Shown here piece by piece: positions 36,437 through 48,703 of a stretch of 64,000 nt of DNA. Made by a program: the position numbers and the translations under genes. This DNA comes from Antechinus flavipes. Its lineage: Eukaryota. The notes under the pieces were generated by a model. That model had not been told where the DNA came from. It was given only the letters and a program-made list of their open reading frames with translations, and did no database searches. How positions within the stretch are numbered: position 1 is the stretch's first letter; every line of letters begins with the position of its first letter. Location: assembly GCF_016432865.1 (NCBI RefSeq), contig NC_067400.1, forward strand, positions 246,202,001 to 246,266,000, in the 5' to 3' direction.

Positions 36437-36755
36437 AAAAACAGCTGCCCCTACAGTGTCATGGAATCATTGTCCAAACCAGCTTGGGTCAATTCCACAT
36501 CTTTCTAAGAACATCACTTTCCAACAGTCTCTACAGCTGGCTGGCATAAGAGAGATACCTCAAGAAGCCTCAGAATCCCTATGGAGCCCTCCGGGCAGCA
36601 AAGTACCAGGGACTCAGAAGCAGCCGGATCCGTCCATCTGGGAAAAGATACAGAATCTCATCTGTCATGAGGGAGATTCTCCCAATGAGAACTCATTTCC
36701 AGCAAGTTTGCTCAGATCTGATATACCACAGCTGAGATGTTTGTTGAGATTTTCT

Positions 36756-36761
36756 AATAAA
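36756..36761 (+). terminator. PolyA signal, copy 6
   Basis: AATAAA at the homologous position. Confidence 0.8.
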
Positions 36762-38264
36762 TTTGTTTGACTGGCTTGACAAAACTGTTTTCATTTCCTT
36801 TTCTAAAAGTGCTTTTATTTGGGTTTCAGTCTCACACCATGAAGAGATTTTCATTCTTGCCCTATATTTTGTGTCATTGCAGAAAATATAGTCTCCAATT
36901 CATTTTTTTTCAATAGAGTTCTGTTCAAAAAACATTATTTCCTTGTTAAATCTCTCTCTAAAATATCACTTCTGCCATATTTAAATTTAATGCTTCACAA
37001 TATTCAGGACCCCACTATACAGAAGGTAAGACTTTTGTTTTTGTAAGCCATGGCCCTTCTCCCAAATCCTGAGTGCACATGGACAGGTTTTTTATGTTAG
37101 ACTTTTTCAGAGATTAACTTTTTCATTGCAACATGCTCACAAGGCATTCCAATAACTGTCAAGATGTGGACTGGCCCCATGAGTTCTAGTTGTCTTCTCC
37201 CACTTTATCATCATCCACTAAGCTAAATTTTGGAACACTGCACAAGTGAATACTATGCCACAAAATCCATGGAAGAAAGTCATATACTAAGCTGAAAAAT
37301 TGACATACCCTTCTGATCTGTCCCATCTCCTCCAGCAAACAGCACATACTGTCTGTCTAGCTCACAACATCAGAAGTGCCTCAAAAGAGGGTCCTTCAGT
37401 CCATGAAAGAAGTGAATCAATTTTTAAAGACTGTCTCTCAAAGTCCTCAAACATCTGAACTCAAGCTCCCAGGGAAAGAGAATATCTGTTTTCTTTCTCT
37501 ACATCTTGCTTGGATTTTTAGCCCCCAAAATCAAGTCTCTCAGAAGGATCTTTGGGAAGAAGGTTAGAGCTTAATACTCTACAAGATATATAGTAGTAAC
37601 TTAATAAAATTTTAGCTATTGAAATGCTTATCAACTGAACTAGTTTTTCAGACAGTAAAGTGTTTCAATCAATGGATCTTTTGCTTCTGGCAGTTTATCT
37701 TAAAATGAATGTGTATTAGGGAATATGTCATTCCTTGTCATTATTATCCTTTCAAGCAAAAAATATGTATGTTTCTATGGATTCATTGGCTTTTAAATGA
37801 AAATGCCTTTAAAAGATACTCCAATGAATTCCTCTTAAAACATATTTCCAAGTGATTCATTAATACTTTGCCTGTAGACATTCTATGATAATCACTTAAA
37901 TGGAAATTAATCTTTTAGAAGGAAGATGATTTCTTTTTTTGAAAGGAATAGCAAAAGGTACACAATAGATTTGCAATTTCATATACATCATCTTTTTATT
38001 GTGGTATATTATTGGAAAGATTTTTTTTTATTCCACAAATGAAAAATCAAATAAAAATAACTTAATTTTTTTAAATAAAAGAATATCAGGATGTAAGATC
38101 ATCTTAGGCAGACTGCTTGAAAGTGTATTCAGAATAATTCTGGCATAAGATAGAATGGCATGTATCTGATTTCATTCTCATGTGGGATTCACATATATTT
38201 GGAAAGCTGTATTTGGAAATTTTCTGTAGTTTGAAAATAATTAGTAAAATGAAATAAGATGTCT

Positions 38265-38478
38265 GGGTAATGCAGTGGATGCAGTCTTGGCCTAAAGTGA
38301 GGAGGAGCTGGGTTCAAATCCAGCCTCCGAAACTATGTGAACCTGAGCAAATTACTTTTATCTTTAGTCTCAGTTTCCTCATCTGCAAAGTGAGCTAGAG
38401 AAGGAGATGGCAAACCACTCCAGTATCTCTGTCTATTGCAGATGGGGGTCATGAAGAGTCAGACACAACTGAACAACA
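38265..38478 (+). mobile_element. MAR1-like SINE
   Basis: gtaatgcagtggat...ggttcaaatccagcc...gagaaggagatggcaaaccactccagtatct...gagtcagacacaactgaacaacaa. Confidence 0.85.
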
Positions 38479-39004
38479 AATAGTGACATCTATAAAAAAT
38501 ATTGTTCTTCAGTTTTTATGAATCTGGATGATTGTTGACAATAAATAATAGTTCTGTTGATTCAAGTCTTTTTAGCAATACTACAAGTGTTGAAAACTTG
38601 GAAAACAAAAGAATTATCTAACAAATTCAAAATTTTAAAGTTAAACCCTAATTAAGTCAACTGTTTCCATAAACATGTTTTTTGGTTTTTTTTGGTAGGA
38701 GGCACTGCAAGTATTAAAAATTCTCATTCTGAAAGTATGGCAGGTTAATGAGGAACTTTTAAAAAGAGTTCCTCTTTTATTTCCTTTTCAAAATTTGATT
38801 AAAATATTCAATTAATACCTAAAAGAAAAAAAAAGAAAAATTTCCAAGGGAAAAGAGTATTTCATTCTCTGCAACAAAGTTGAAAATCGGTTTAAGGATG
38901 ATAAAAGACCACCTCTGTATCCAAGTTCTCTCAAATGGGAACAAATGAAAACTATGACTATATTTTGTGATATCCATTTAAAAAATCTTAATAGAGCTGG
39001 CACA

Positions 39005-39625
39005 AAAAGGACCTACATGTACAAAAATATTTATAGCAATTCTTTTTGTGATAGCAAAGAATTTAAAATTGTGGGAATACTTATCAAGTGGCAAATGGCT
39101 GAACAAGTTGTGGTATATGAATGTAATGGAACATTATTGTTTGATTAAAAAATAATAAGCAGGTGGACTTCAGGAAACCTAGGAAAGAGTTCCATAAGCT
39201 GATGCAAAGTCAAATGTATTGTGTACAAAGTAACAGGAATATTGTAAGATGATCAGCTGTGATTGACATGACCATTCTCAGCAATATATAACCCAAGACA
39301 ACTCTGAAGGATTTATAATGAAATAAGCTATCCATACACAGAAAAAAAAAATTGATGGTGTTTGAATACAGATTGAAGGATGCATTTTTCCTTTATTTAT
39401 TTTTCTTGAGGGCTGTTCTTTTTTGCTCTATGTTTTCTTTCCCAACATGATGATTATGGAACATTATTGCACAGGAATATCCTAACTCAAATGGCTTGCC
39501 TTTTCATTGAGGGGAGGTTGAGGAGGGAGGTAAGAAAAGAATCTGGAATTAAAAGTTTTAAAAACTAATGTTGATAATCTTTATATTTAATGAGGGGGAA
39601 ATAAAACACTAAATTAAAAAAAATT
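39005..39625 (+). mobile_element. L1 3' fragment (3'UTR differs from those at paralogous sites)
   Basis: L1 ORF2 end and 3'UTR, A-tail at about 39615. Confidence 0.7.
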
Positions 39626-40121
39626 AAGAACATTAGAGCTGCCTGAGGATATAGACTCTAAAGACTTTGTATTCCTAGATCTGAGTACAATGACTCGTAG
39701 AGTGATTTGTGTTTTAATGCTTTTGGGGTGGTTGACTGATTCACTAATTCCATAAATTTTTTCCTTCACAATTATCTCAACTTCAATCTGAAACTTGCTG
39801 TCGCATCATTCTCAAAGAGAACTGATCAAAAGAATCAGAAGATCAGGTGATCAAGCTGTGAAATGAGGACATGTCCTCAGGAGAGGCTGCCATGAAAATT
39901 GGGTAGAGCACCAGCCACATTAACCACATAGGCTTTGGCAACACTATAATCACTTTTCACTACAAGAATGAGATCCTTGGTAGAGTCATTAGAGAAACAG
40001 CAAATCAAAAGAAAACACCCTTATTGAGGAGAAGAAATTCTCAAGCAACAAACTATGACAAGAATGTGATTTTGTCTTGGTAAAATCATTAAAGGGAATG
40101 ATGCAGGTCTGGAATGAAGCT

Positions 40122-40149
40122 GCCACACCTCCCCGGGAAGGGTATAAAA
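40122..40149 (+). promoter_or_regulatory. Core promoter, copy 7
   Basis: GCCACACCTCC at 40122; TATAAAA 40143-40149. Confidence 0.85.
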
Positions 40150-40230
40150 GTCCCAGTGTACATGATATCCTATATAGTCAAACATCCTTCCAAATCCTGA
40201 CATCCTTCCAAATCCGTGAATCCTGACACC

Positions 40231-40494
40231 ATGAGCTACAAGGGCAGTTGCTATGGGGGCCTGGGCTATGGCTATGGCTCTGGTTATGGCTGTGGATGTG
40301 GCAGCTACCGTGGCCTGGGCTATGGCTATGGAGGCTGTGGAGGCTGTGGTTGTGGAGGCTATGGATATGGTGGCTATGGCTACGGAGGCCTGGGCTGTGG
40401 AAGCTATGGCTACGGAGGCCTAGGCTATGGAGGCTATGGTAGTTATGGCTGCTGCCGCTCATCTTGCTGTGGAAGATATTCTGGCTGCTACTAA
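40231..40494 (+). CDS. KRTAP19/20-like: HGT keratin-associated protein, copy 7 (87 aa, altered C-terminus)
   Basis: [12 protein letters not shown]...[14 protein letters not shown]; open frame, TATA and polyA signal intact. Confidence 0.92.
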   Translation: MSYKGSCYGGLGYGYGSGYGCGCGSYRGLGYGYGGCGGCGCGGYGYGGYGYGGLGCGSYGYGGLGYGGYGSYGCCRSSCCGRYSGCY

Positions 40495-40813
40495 AAAAAC
40501 CACCTGCTCCTGCCATGTTGTGAAATTCTTGCCCAATCCAGCCTGGATTAACTCCATATCTTCCTAAGGACATCACCTTCCATCTACCTCTGCAGTTAGA
40601 TGGCATATAAGAAGTACCACAAAAAGTTTCAGAATTTCTATGGAGCACTCAGAGATGTGAAGTGCCAAGACTGAGAAGCAGCTAGATCTGTCCTTCTGGA
40701 AAAAGATGCAGAATCTCACCCATCATGAGGCAGATTCTCCCAGTGACAAGTCATTCCCAGCAAGTTTGCTCAGCTCTGATATACTATGGCTGAGATATCT
40801 GTTGTGATTTTCT

Positions 40814-40819
40814 AATAAA
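40814..40819 (+). terminator. PolyA signal, copy 7
   Basis: AATAAA at the homologous position. Confidence 0.8.
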
Positions 40820-41298
40820 CTTGCTTGACTGGCTTAGCAAAACTGTTTTCATTGCTCTTTCTTTAAGTCTTCATATTCAGGTTTCTATCTCACACCCTGA
40901 AAAGATTTTCATTCTTGCACTACACTTGTGTGTCATTATAGAAGATTTAGTCTCCACTTCATTTTTATTTGCAATAAAGTGATAATGCTTAGGATTTCTG
41001 GTCAAAAGTATTATTTACTTGTTAAATTCCTCTCTAAAATTTCACTTCTGCAAACTTAAAATTTAGTGCTTTATAATTCTCAGGACCTCTCTATACAGAT
41101 GGCAAGGCCTTTGTTTTTGTAAGCCATGGCCCTTCTCCCACATTCTGTGGTCACATTCAGTTTTTTTACATTCAGCTTTTCTCAGAGATTCACATCTTCA
41201 TCTTCACCTGCTCACAATTCATCATTTCCCAATCCAAGTGGTTCCTAGTAACAGTCAAGATGTGAATTGGTTCAATGATTTCTAGTTGTCACCCCACT

Positions 41299-41726
41299 TG
41301 TGGGAGGCTCTGGACCTGAACCTCCTGAAGTGAGTTGAGGACTCCTTTGTGCCAGGACCCACCCTAACCCAGGATTCCTTGATTACCACGGGCTGAAGTG
41401 GTGGAACCTAGCCCATGGCGGGGGAGGCACAGAAAGGATAGGCTCCTCCTTCGGGGAGGGATTGGGAAGGAGTCTCTACCCCGATTGGTGCACAATAGGT
41501 GGAGGGAAAAGAACTATAAAAGGGACAAACACGGGATGGTTGGGGAGACACCGCTGACTTGTAACACCAATAAACATCACTGCGTCTATCCACCTCAGCT
41601 CTGGTGATTCCCTCCTCCTGTCTCCACGAGGAGAGCTGGAGATGTCCGAAGCCCCGTCTGGCTCTGGGAAGCTGGAAGAGGCAGTCTCTGTTAAGGTTCC
41701 CTGCGACTAGGTCTTGGCCCCCGACA
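41299..41726 (+). mobile_element. Solo ERV LTR (428 bp), GC- and CpG-rich, likely young
   Basis: TGT...ACA termini; 6-bp flanks cccact/cccacc; two ATTGG boxes, TATAAAA 41515-41521, AATAAA 41569-41574. Confidence 0.85.
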
Positions 41727-42237
41727 CCCACCCATCAATTTAAAGTTTAGGAGCACTGTACAAGTGAATACTATAGAAAAAAACTACAGAAAAAAGTCAT
41801 ATACTAACCTAAAAGATTGACATACCTTTCTGATGGGTTCAGTCTCCTCCAGCAAACTACAGTTAGTCGAGTTCACAAAATTGAAGAGTCTTAAACTGAG
41901 GTCTTTGGTCCATGGAAGAAGTGGAATCAGTTTTAAAGTATGTCTTTCAAAGCCCTCAAACACTTGAACACCCAAGGAAAGAAAATATTTGCTTTATTGC
42001 TACATCTTGCCTGGACCTTTCATCCTCCAATGACAAATAGGCCTTTGGGAAGGAAGTCAGAATTTAGTACTGTACAAAGCATATTTAAAGCACCTTAAAT
42101 TTTTTTAGTTATTGAAATATATTGATTGAATTAGTATATTAAGGAGTGGGGGAAACACTATAAGTATTGCAATCAGTAGATCTTTCGCCTCAGGCAGCTT
42201 AGCTTAAAATGATTGTGTTTTAATGTATATATCACTC

Positions 42238-42241
<4 letters not shown>

Positions 42242-42277
<36 letters not shown>
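42242..42277. repeat. (CA)18 microsatellite
   Basis: Perfect CA run. Confidence 0.95.
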
Positions 42278-42281
<4 letters not shown>

Positions 42282-42794
42282 CATGTGTATTTCCATAGAT
42301 GTACTGTCTTTTCAAAGCAAATTGTCTCATGAAACTCTCTCTATTCAATTCCTCCCAAAAATGTAAGTCCAAGTGATTCATCAGTACTTTCCCTATAGAC
42401 ATGCTATGAAGATCTGCTAATGGAAACTAATCAAAAAAAGAATTTTCTTTCTGAAAGGAATAGCAAGTTGTACATAGTAGATTTCAGTTTCATGTGTAAT
42501 CATTGATTGTATATTATTGTAAAGATGCTTTTTTCAAATTCCATAAATTAAACATAAAATAAAATTAATTATGACTTTGCTTTTTGATTGTTTTTAGAAA
42601 AGAAATCAAGAGGTAACCTCATTTTAGCAGACTCTCTGAAAGTAAATTCAGAATAACTCTGGTAGTAGATAGGATGATATATATCTGACTTCATTTCTAC
42701 ATGGTTTTAATTTCTTCTGCCATGACTGTATTTGGAAAGCTTTCTATTCATAGAATTTGAAAATTATTAGTGAAAAGTATTAAATAGAGAAGTT

Positions 42795-42975
42795 GGGTGA
42801 TACTTGACCTGGAATTCAAATTCAGCTTTAGCTGTGTGACCCTGAACAAGTCACTTGAACCTTTTTGCCTCAGTTTCCCCATCTATAAGGTAAGCTAAAG
42901 AAGGAGATGGCGAGCCATTTCGGTATCTAGGTCAGAAGGAGGTTGTGGAGTGTCAGACACAACAAAAGAAGAACA
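42795..42975 (+). mobile_element. MAR1-like SINE (degraded)
   Basis: Paralog of 38265-38478. Confidence 0.7.
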
Positions 42976-43474
42976 AATGGTGATGCCTATTAAAAATATT
43001 GTCATTTGCTTTTTATGAGTCTAGATGGTTATTGACAATGGTTTTGTCTATAATGGTGCCCTAGATCAAGATAAGTTCGTTTGATCAATTCTCAAGAATA
43101 TTTTGGAGGTTGTATTACTAGTACTGAGACTGGTTGTTTATTAGTTTATGAAGGGATAATGAGCTTCTGGTATTTTATTCTAGTCACCTAACCAAGTCTT
43201 TCTAGCTATTCTATCAGTGTTCAACTTTAACAACCTGAAAAACAAAAGAAAATAAAAGAGCAATTTAATAAATTCAAGGTTTTAAAGTTAAACCCTAGTT
43301 AAATCTACTGTTTCCTTAAACATAACTTTCTTTTCATATTTTGCATTGTAAGTGTTAAAAATCCTAATTCTAAAAATAAGACAGGTTAATGAAAGATGCT
43401 TTTAATAGTTCTCCTTTTAGTTCCTTTTTAATATTTGAATAAAATTGATTTATTATTTGTAATAAATTAATTAC

Positions 43475-44004
43475 TGTTATGCCTCACTTTCCCTGTATTA
43501 GTTTCCCTGAATTGTTCTAACTCAGTTTCCCTAAATTGTTCTGCCTCAATTCCCTGAATTGTTCTGCCTGGTGGCAACCCTACTTCCTGGCCATTAGAAC
43601 TGAGATAATTAGGGCTGGGAGAGCTGACCACTAGCCTTCCAAAGATCATAAACCTACAAATTGCTTATCTGAATATTTGAGTATCTTCTGCCTCAGACAT
43701 CCTGGCTCCTAGAATTTATGATCCTTCTTCACCCTCAACCTATCAGAACTGAATATATGGACCTTTCCTGAAACTTCCCACTCTTCAGTCCTCTATTTCC
43801 CCTCTGCCTTTGTTTCTCTGATTGCTGGAGCCCTATAAAAATCCCTGGAATCCCTTGCTCCTTGCTGGATACTTTGAAATGAGAGTCCGATCGAGTTAGC
43901 TGGGTCAACATGGATCCTGTTTTGTCCCCACTCCAAACTCTCCCTCTAATAAATTTTTTAAAATTCTCTAATCTCTATCTTGCCTCAGTTTCTCCAGCAT
44001 TGTA
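43475..44004 (+). mobile_element. Solo ERV LTR (about 530 bp) with U3 tandem repeats
   Basis: Starts tgttatg; attac direct repeats at 43470-43474 and 44005-44009; TATAAAA 43834-43840, AATAAA 43948-43953; about three copies of ttccct.aattgttct. Confidence 0.75.
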
Positions 44005-44269
44005 ATTACCAAATCAATACCAAATTAATTTATTAGCTACCGAAATATTAATTTTATTAGTTATTACCAAATTAATGCCCCCCAAGAGAAAATTCTCAGT
44101 GGGCAAAGTACATTTCAATCTCTATAACAAAATTGAAAATCAGTTTAAGTGGGTCAAAGACCCCTTCTGAATCCAAATTTTCTCAAATGGGAATAAATGA
44201 AAAAAAACTAACATCTATACACTAATATCTATACACTATTTTTAAAAACCTTAAGAGAACTGGCACAAA

Positions 44270-44900
44270 GTGGAAAAAGATATACATATACAAAAATATA
44301 TAAAGCAGCTTTTTGTGTGATGGCAAAGAATTGGAATTGTGGGGATACCCATCAACTGGCTAATGGCTGAACAAGTTGTGGTATATGAATATAATGGAAC
44401 ACTAATGTTTTATTTTAAATGATGAGGAGGTAGATTTCAGAAAAATCTGGAAAGACTTACACAAAATGTTGCTGAGTGAAACAAGCAGAACCAAAAGAAC
44501 ACTATACACAATAGCGGCAACATGGGACAAAGACCAACTATGATAGACTTAGGTCTTCTCAGAAATACTACATATAAGACAATTACAAAAGATTCCTGCT
44601 GGAAACTCTATAAAAATCCGGAAAAGAATTATGGACTCTGAATGCAGAGAGAAGAATGATATTTTCAGTTTTTCTTTATTTTTTGTTTTAACTTTCTTAT
44701 GGTTTTTCCCTTCTAATTCTTCTTTCACAACACAACATATGTGGAAATAAAGTTAGCATGATTGTAGAGGTATGACCTATATCAGATTGATTCCTGTCTT
44801 GGGGAGTGGAGAATAAGGGGAGGGAGGAAGAAAAATTTGGAACTCAGAATTTTACAAAAATGAATGTTAAAAACTACCTTTATATATAAAATTGCAAAAA
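44270..44900 (+). mobile_element. Old L1 3' fragment
   Basis: Paralog of 16750-17375. Confidence 0.7.
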
Positions 44901-47075
44901 ATGCTATAAGATACAGAGAGAGTAAGATAGAAGCAGAGACGGAAACAAAAAAAAAAAAAAACAGAGAGACAGAAACATATAACACTGGTCATCAGTGTCC
45001 TTCAAGCCCATAAGTCCCACTCACTTCAAGTATATTTCATAGGCCCTGAATTAGAAGCTTGCTGCTCCTCCAAATGTTCTACAGCTTAGCCAAAGAACTA
45101 GACAGTGCTGATTACTCATGGGCAATAAATGGAGCTATCAGAAGATCCCTTTTGGATCTTCTTTCACTGGCTTTCAAAACTTAGACATCTGGTTCTTGAA
45201 TCCAATATTTAAGAGAAACTTTGTAAAGAGTACCTCGTGGTCAAAACTAATGGTCTCTTCTAAACTTTCCTTCTTCTTCATCTCATTGTGAAAACACTGG
45301 CCAATTCCAGCCAGACCGCTCATTTCTGGTGGCCTACAGCCAAATGTCTTGGCACCTAATACCTGTATGATGAATTCTCTTTTTTCCTTCCTCTTCATTA
45401 ATCTTTTTTCTTATGGTAAAAGAGTAGATATTTCTAAGATTTCAGAGTTTCAGTTTCTCTCTCTCTCTCTCTCTTCTCTTTTTCTCTGTCTCTGTCTCTG
45501 TCTCTGTCTCTGTCTCCCACTCTGTGGGTATGTCTGTGTGTTTCTCTCTCTTTCCGTCTATCTCTGTCTCTCTATTTTCTCTCTTTTTATCCTATTCACT
45601 CACTCTTTCCATCCTTTATTCACTGTCATTTCTTGAGTAATAGGAAAAAAATCTCTCCTAAGCTTCAGTTATATATCATGAATGTAATGTAAGAAAATTT
45701 CAATTTTATGTCCCCTACAAATCCCAAACCCTCAACTATAAAGCAGATCCTCTCATCCTGCCTCTTCAAAAGCAACCTATCTATTCAAAATTTCTCTATA
45801 CATTTCAAGAGAACCATCAAACAAAGAAATAAGGTTCACAGACTCAATGAAGATCTTGACTACTTAGTGTCATCATGCTTATCCAATCATTTGGCAAAAT
45901 TTCTCCTTTCTGTCTTCCCAAAATCTCTGCAATCCAAACACTTCAAACCCCACCTTGGATCAGAACTTACAGACCTCTGTAAGATCATTTGATTGGTCTC
46001 CCAGACTCAATATTCTTCTCACCCAGATCCATCCTGGGATCCTCATATCAAGGGATTTTCCTAAAATATTAATCTGATCTTTACACTCTAACTACACAAA
46101 ATCCCAAATCACTGCACTGATTATCTTGAAAATTTTAATTGCTTCCTGTTTTATATTGATTTAAAAAGATAATTTCTGTCTGAAATTTCAGTCTTCATCA
46201 ATTGACTCCTTCCTACTTTACCAGTATCAGTACAGTTTATTCTCTTGCCCACATTTGATGGGCCTGCCCTATGTAGCCTACCTGATTTCTTTCAGACAAG
46301 GCATGTCATGTAGCTTCTGCTGACTTCCACTGACTTTCTACCTATTCTGCCAAGAATCCTCTCCTCTCTCTTTTTTTCCCTGATTCAAGAGAATCTCAGA
46401 TCTAATCCCAACTCTGGCATGTAGCATTACTCCATTGTCCTGGGGGTTTGTGCCTTTGCTTCTGAGATCTCCCGTCACCTCATTGTGTTTCTAGCAAATG
46501 CCCTGATCTTTTCACATTTTCACTCTAAATTTCACAAATTTAGAGCTGTCTAAGAACAGGGACTCTGGTGACCTTTCCTTGTACTAATAGAATTGAGTAT
46601 AATGTCTGGTAAAGCATAAGTCCTGTGGAGAGGGTTTATGCTTTTTGTGAATTTAGAATGATTGTTTGATTCACTAATTTCACACATAATTTTTCTCCAC
46701 ACTTTTCTCATCTTCATTGTGTAGCTTGCTGTCACTACATTCTGTAATAGCAAAGATCAAAAGAAATAAAATTTGAAATCATACTGAAAAAAATCAGAAG
46801 GCCAGGCCTTCAAGCTATGAAATAAAGACAATGTCCCCAGGAGAAAATGCCATGAAGATTTGATAGATCACCAACTATAATAAAACATACACTTTAGCAA
46901 CATTGCAATAATTTCTCAGTAGAGGGGTGAAATCCTTAGCAAAATCTTCATAAAGAAGCAGAGAAAATACCCTTTGATGAGCTGGAGAAATTCTTTTCAA
47001 GCAACAAACTATGACAAGAATGTGTCTGGCCTAGCAAGTTCATTAAAGGGAATAATATAGTTATGGAATGAAGCT

Positions 47076-47104
47076 GCCACACCTCCTGCTGGAAGTGTAT
47101 AAAA
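47076..47104 (+). promoter_or_regulatory. Core promoter, copy 8
   Basis: GCCACACCTCC at 47076; TATAAAA 47098-47104. Confidence 0.85.
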
Positions 47105-47180
47105 GTCCCAGTGCAGTTGGTATCCTACACATTCACACATTAAACCCTGACATTTTTCCAATTCCAGGAATCTTGACACT

Positions 47181-47408
47181 ATGAGCTACAAGGGCAGCTA
47201 CTATGGGGGCTTGGGCTATGGTTATGGCTCTGGTTATGGCTATGGATGTGGCAGCTACCGTGGCCTGGGCTACGGCTTTGGAAGCTGTGGCTATGGAGGA
47301 CTAGGCTATGGAGGCCTGGGCTATGGAGGCTATGGCTACAGAGGTTATGGCTATGGCTGCTGCCGCCCATCTTGCTGTGGAAGATATTCTTCCTTTGGCT
47401 TCTACTGA
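47181..47408 (+). CDS. KRTAP19/20-like: HGT keratin-associated protein, copy 8 (75 aa)
   Basis: [12 protein letters not shown]...[16 protein letters not shown]. Confidence 0.95.
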   Translation: MSYKGSYYGGLGYGYGSGYGYGCGSYRGLGYGFGSCGYGGLGYGGLGYGGYGYRGYGYGCCRPSCCGRYSSFGFY

Positions 47409-47716
47409 AAAACCACCTGTTTCCACGTATCATGGAATCCTTGTCCAACTGTGCTTGAGTAATTCCATGGCATTATAAGGACATCATATTCTATCTGTCT
47501 CTACAGCTAAGTGATATAGGAAAGATGCCACAAGAAGTATCAGCATCCCTATGGATTACTCAGAGCAGTGACATGACAGGGATTCAGAAGTAGCTGGACC
47601 CATACTTCTGAGAATGATGCAGAAACTCAGCTATCATGATGAAGGTGCTCCCAACATTTCCAGAAAGTCTGCTCAGCTCTGACATATCATGGCTGAGGGG
47701 TCTGTTATGATTTTCT

Positions 47717-47722
47717 AATAAA
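47717..47722 (+). terminator. PolyA signal, copy 8
   Basis: AATAAA at the homologous position. Confidence 0.8.
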
Positions 47723-47814
47723 CTTTCACTGATTCACAAAACTGTTTCTACATCTCCTCCTTGACCTCAATCTACATGAGTGTGAACCTCACACTGACAA
47801 CTTTCAATCTTCAT

Positions 47815-48703
47815 TGAATTTTTTTTTCATTTCACAAATTATTTTTTCAATGAATTGGTTTCTTTTTCATATTTATTTTTTAAGGCATTATATGCTTTTT
47901 CCATTTCATCAAGTCTATTTATTAAAGAAGTTTCTTCACATAATTTCTGGTTTTCCTTTTCCATACCCTCTTGCAAAGATTTCATTACCTTTCCCTATTT
48001 TTTTCTAACTCTCTTTGAAGATCCTTGTGAAATGGAGACCAACTCATATTACCCTTTATGGCTTCATCTAAAGCTAGCTTGCCTTTAGGATCCTCAAGAT
48101 TTGACATCTGTTCTTCTCTTTCTCCATAAACGCTATCTATGGTCAGAGTTCTTTTTGCTTTTTTACTAATTTTTTAAAGCTTAAGGTCTGCTCTTAAGGC
48201 AAAGGAGTGACAGCCACTTTAGTTTTCCCTAGGGTAATTCTGCTGACTGACTTCCAGTGCTGAGTGGGTGGGGTCAGGTCACATTTTTCTGGAGCTCTGG
48301 AGTTCAGAGGCTCATAAATTGTCTTTTGTATTTGCTTTGGGTGTTTCAGAGCAAATCTGCTGATCCACTGGCTTGTAATCAGGACAGAGTAGCCTAAGAG
48401 CTTCCCAATAGATTCCCTGGTGGGCAGACACCATAAATATCTGGCATCCTGCCCCTGCTCCCTGCCTCAGGTTCCCTGTGCTGCAATATGGGCTTGGCAG
48501 GTTCTCCTCCTACCCAACTAAAACAGACCTTTTCTGAAGTTCTTTCAAAATATCTTCTTCTGGAAATTTGTTACATTACAAATTTTTGTGGGTTCTGTCA
48601 CTCCAAAACCAGTTCAGGTGTTTAATCTGCTGTTAATTTGAGGTAATCTTGGAGGAGGTCAGATAGAGACTTGTCTACCCTCAGCCATTTTGGCTCCACT
48701 CCC
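47815..48703 (-). mobile_element. L1 5'UTR plus ORF1 N-terminus, 3'-truncated
   Basis: Reverse complement begins gggagtggagccaaaatggc (L1 5' end) and is homologous to the element at 50955. Confidence 0.8.
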
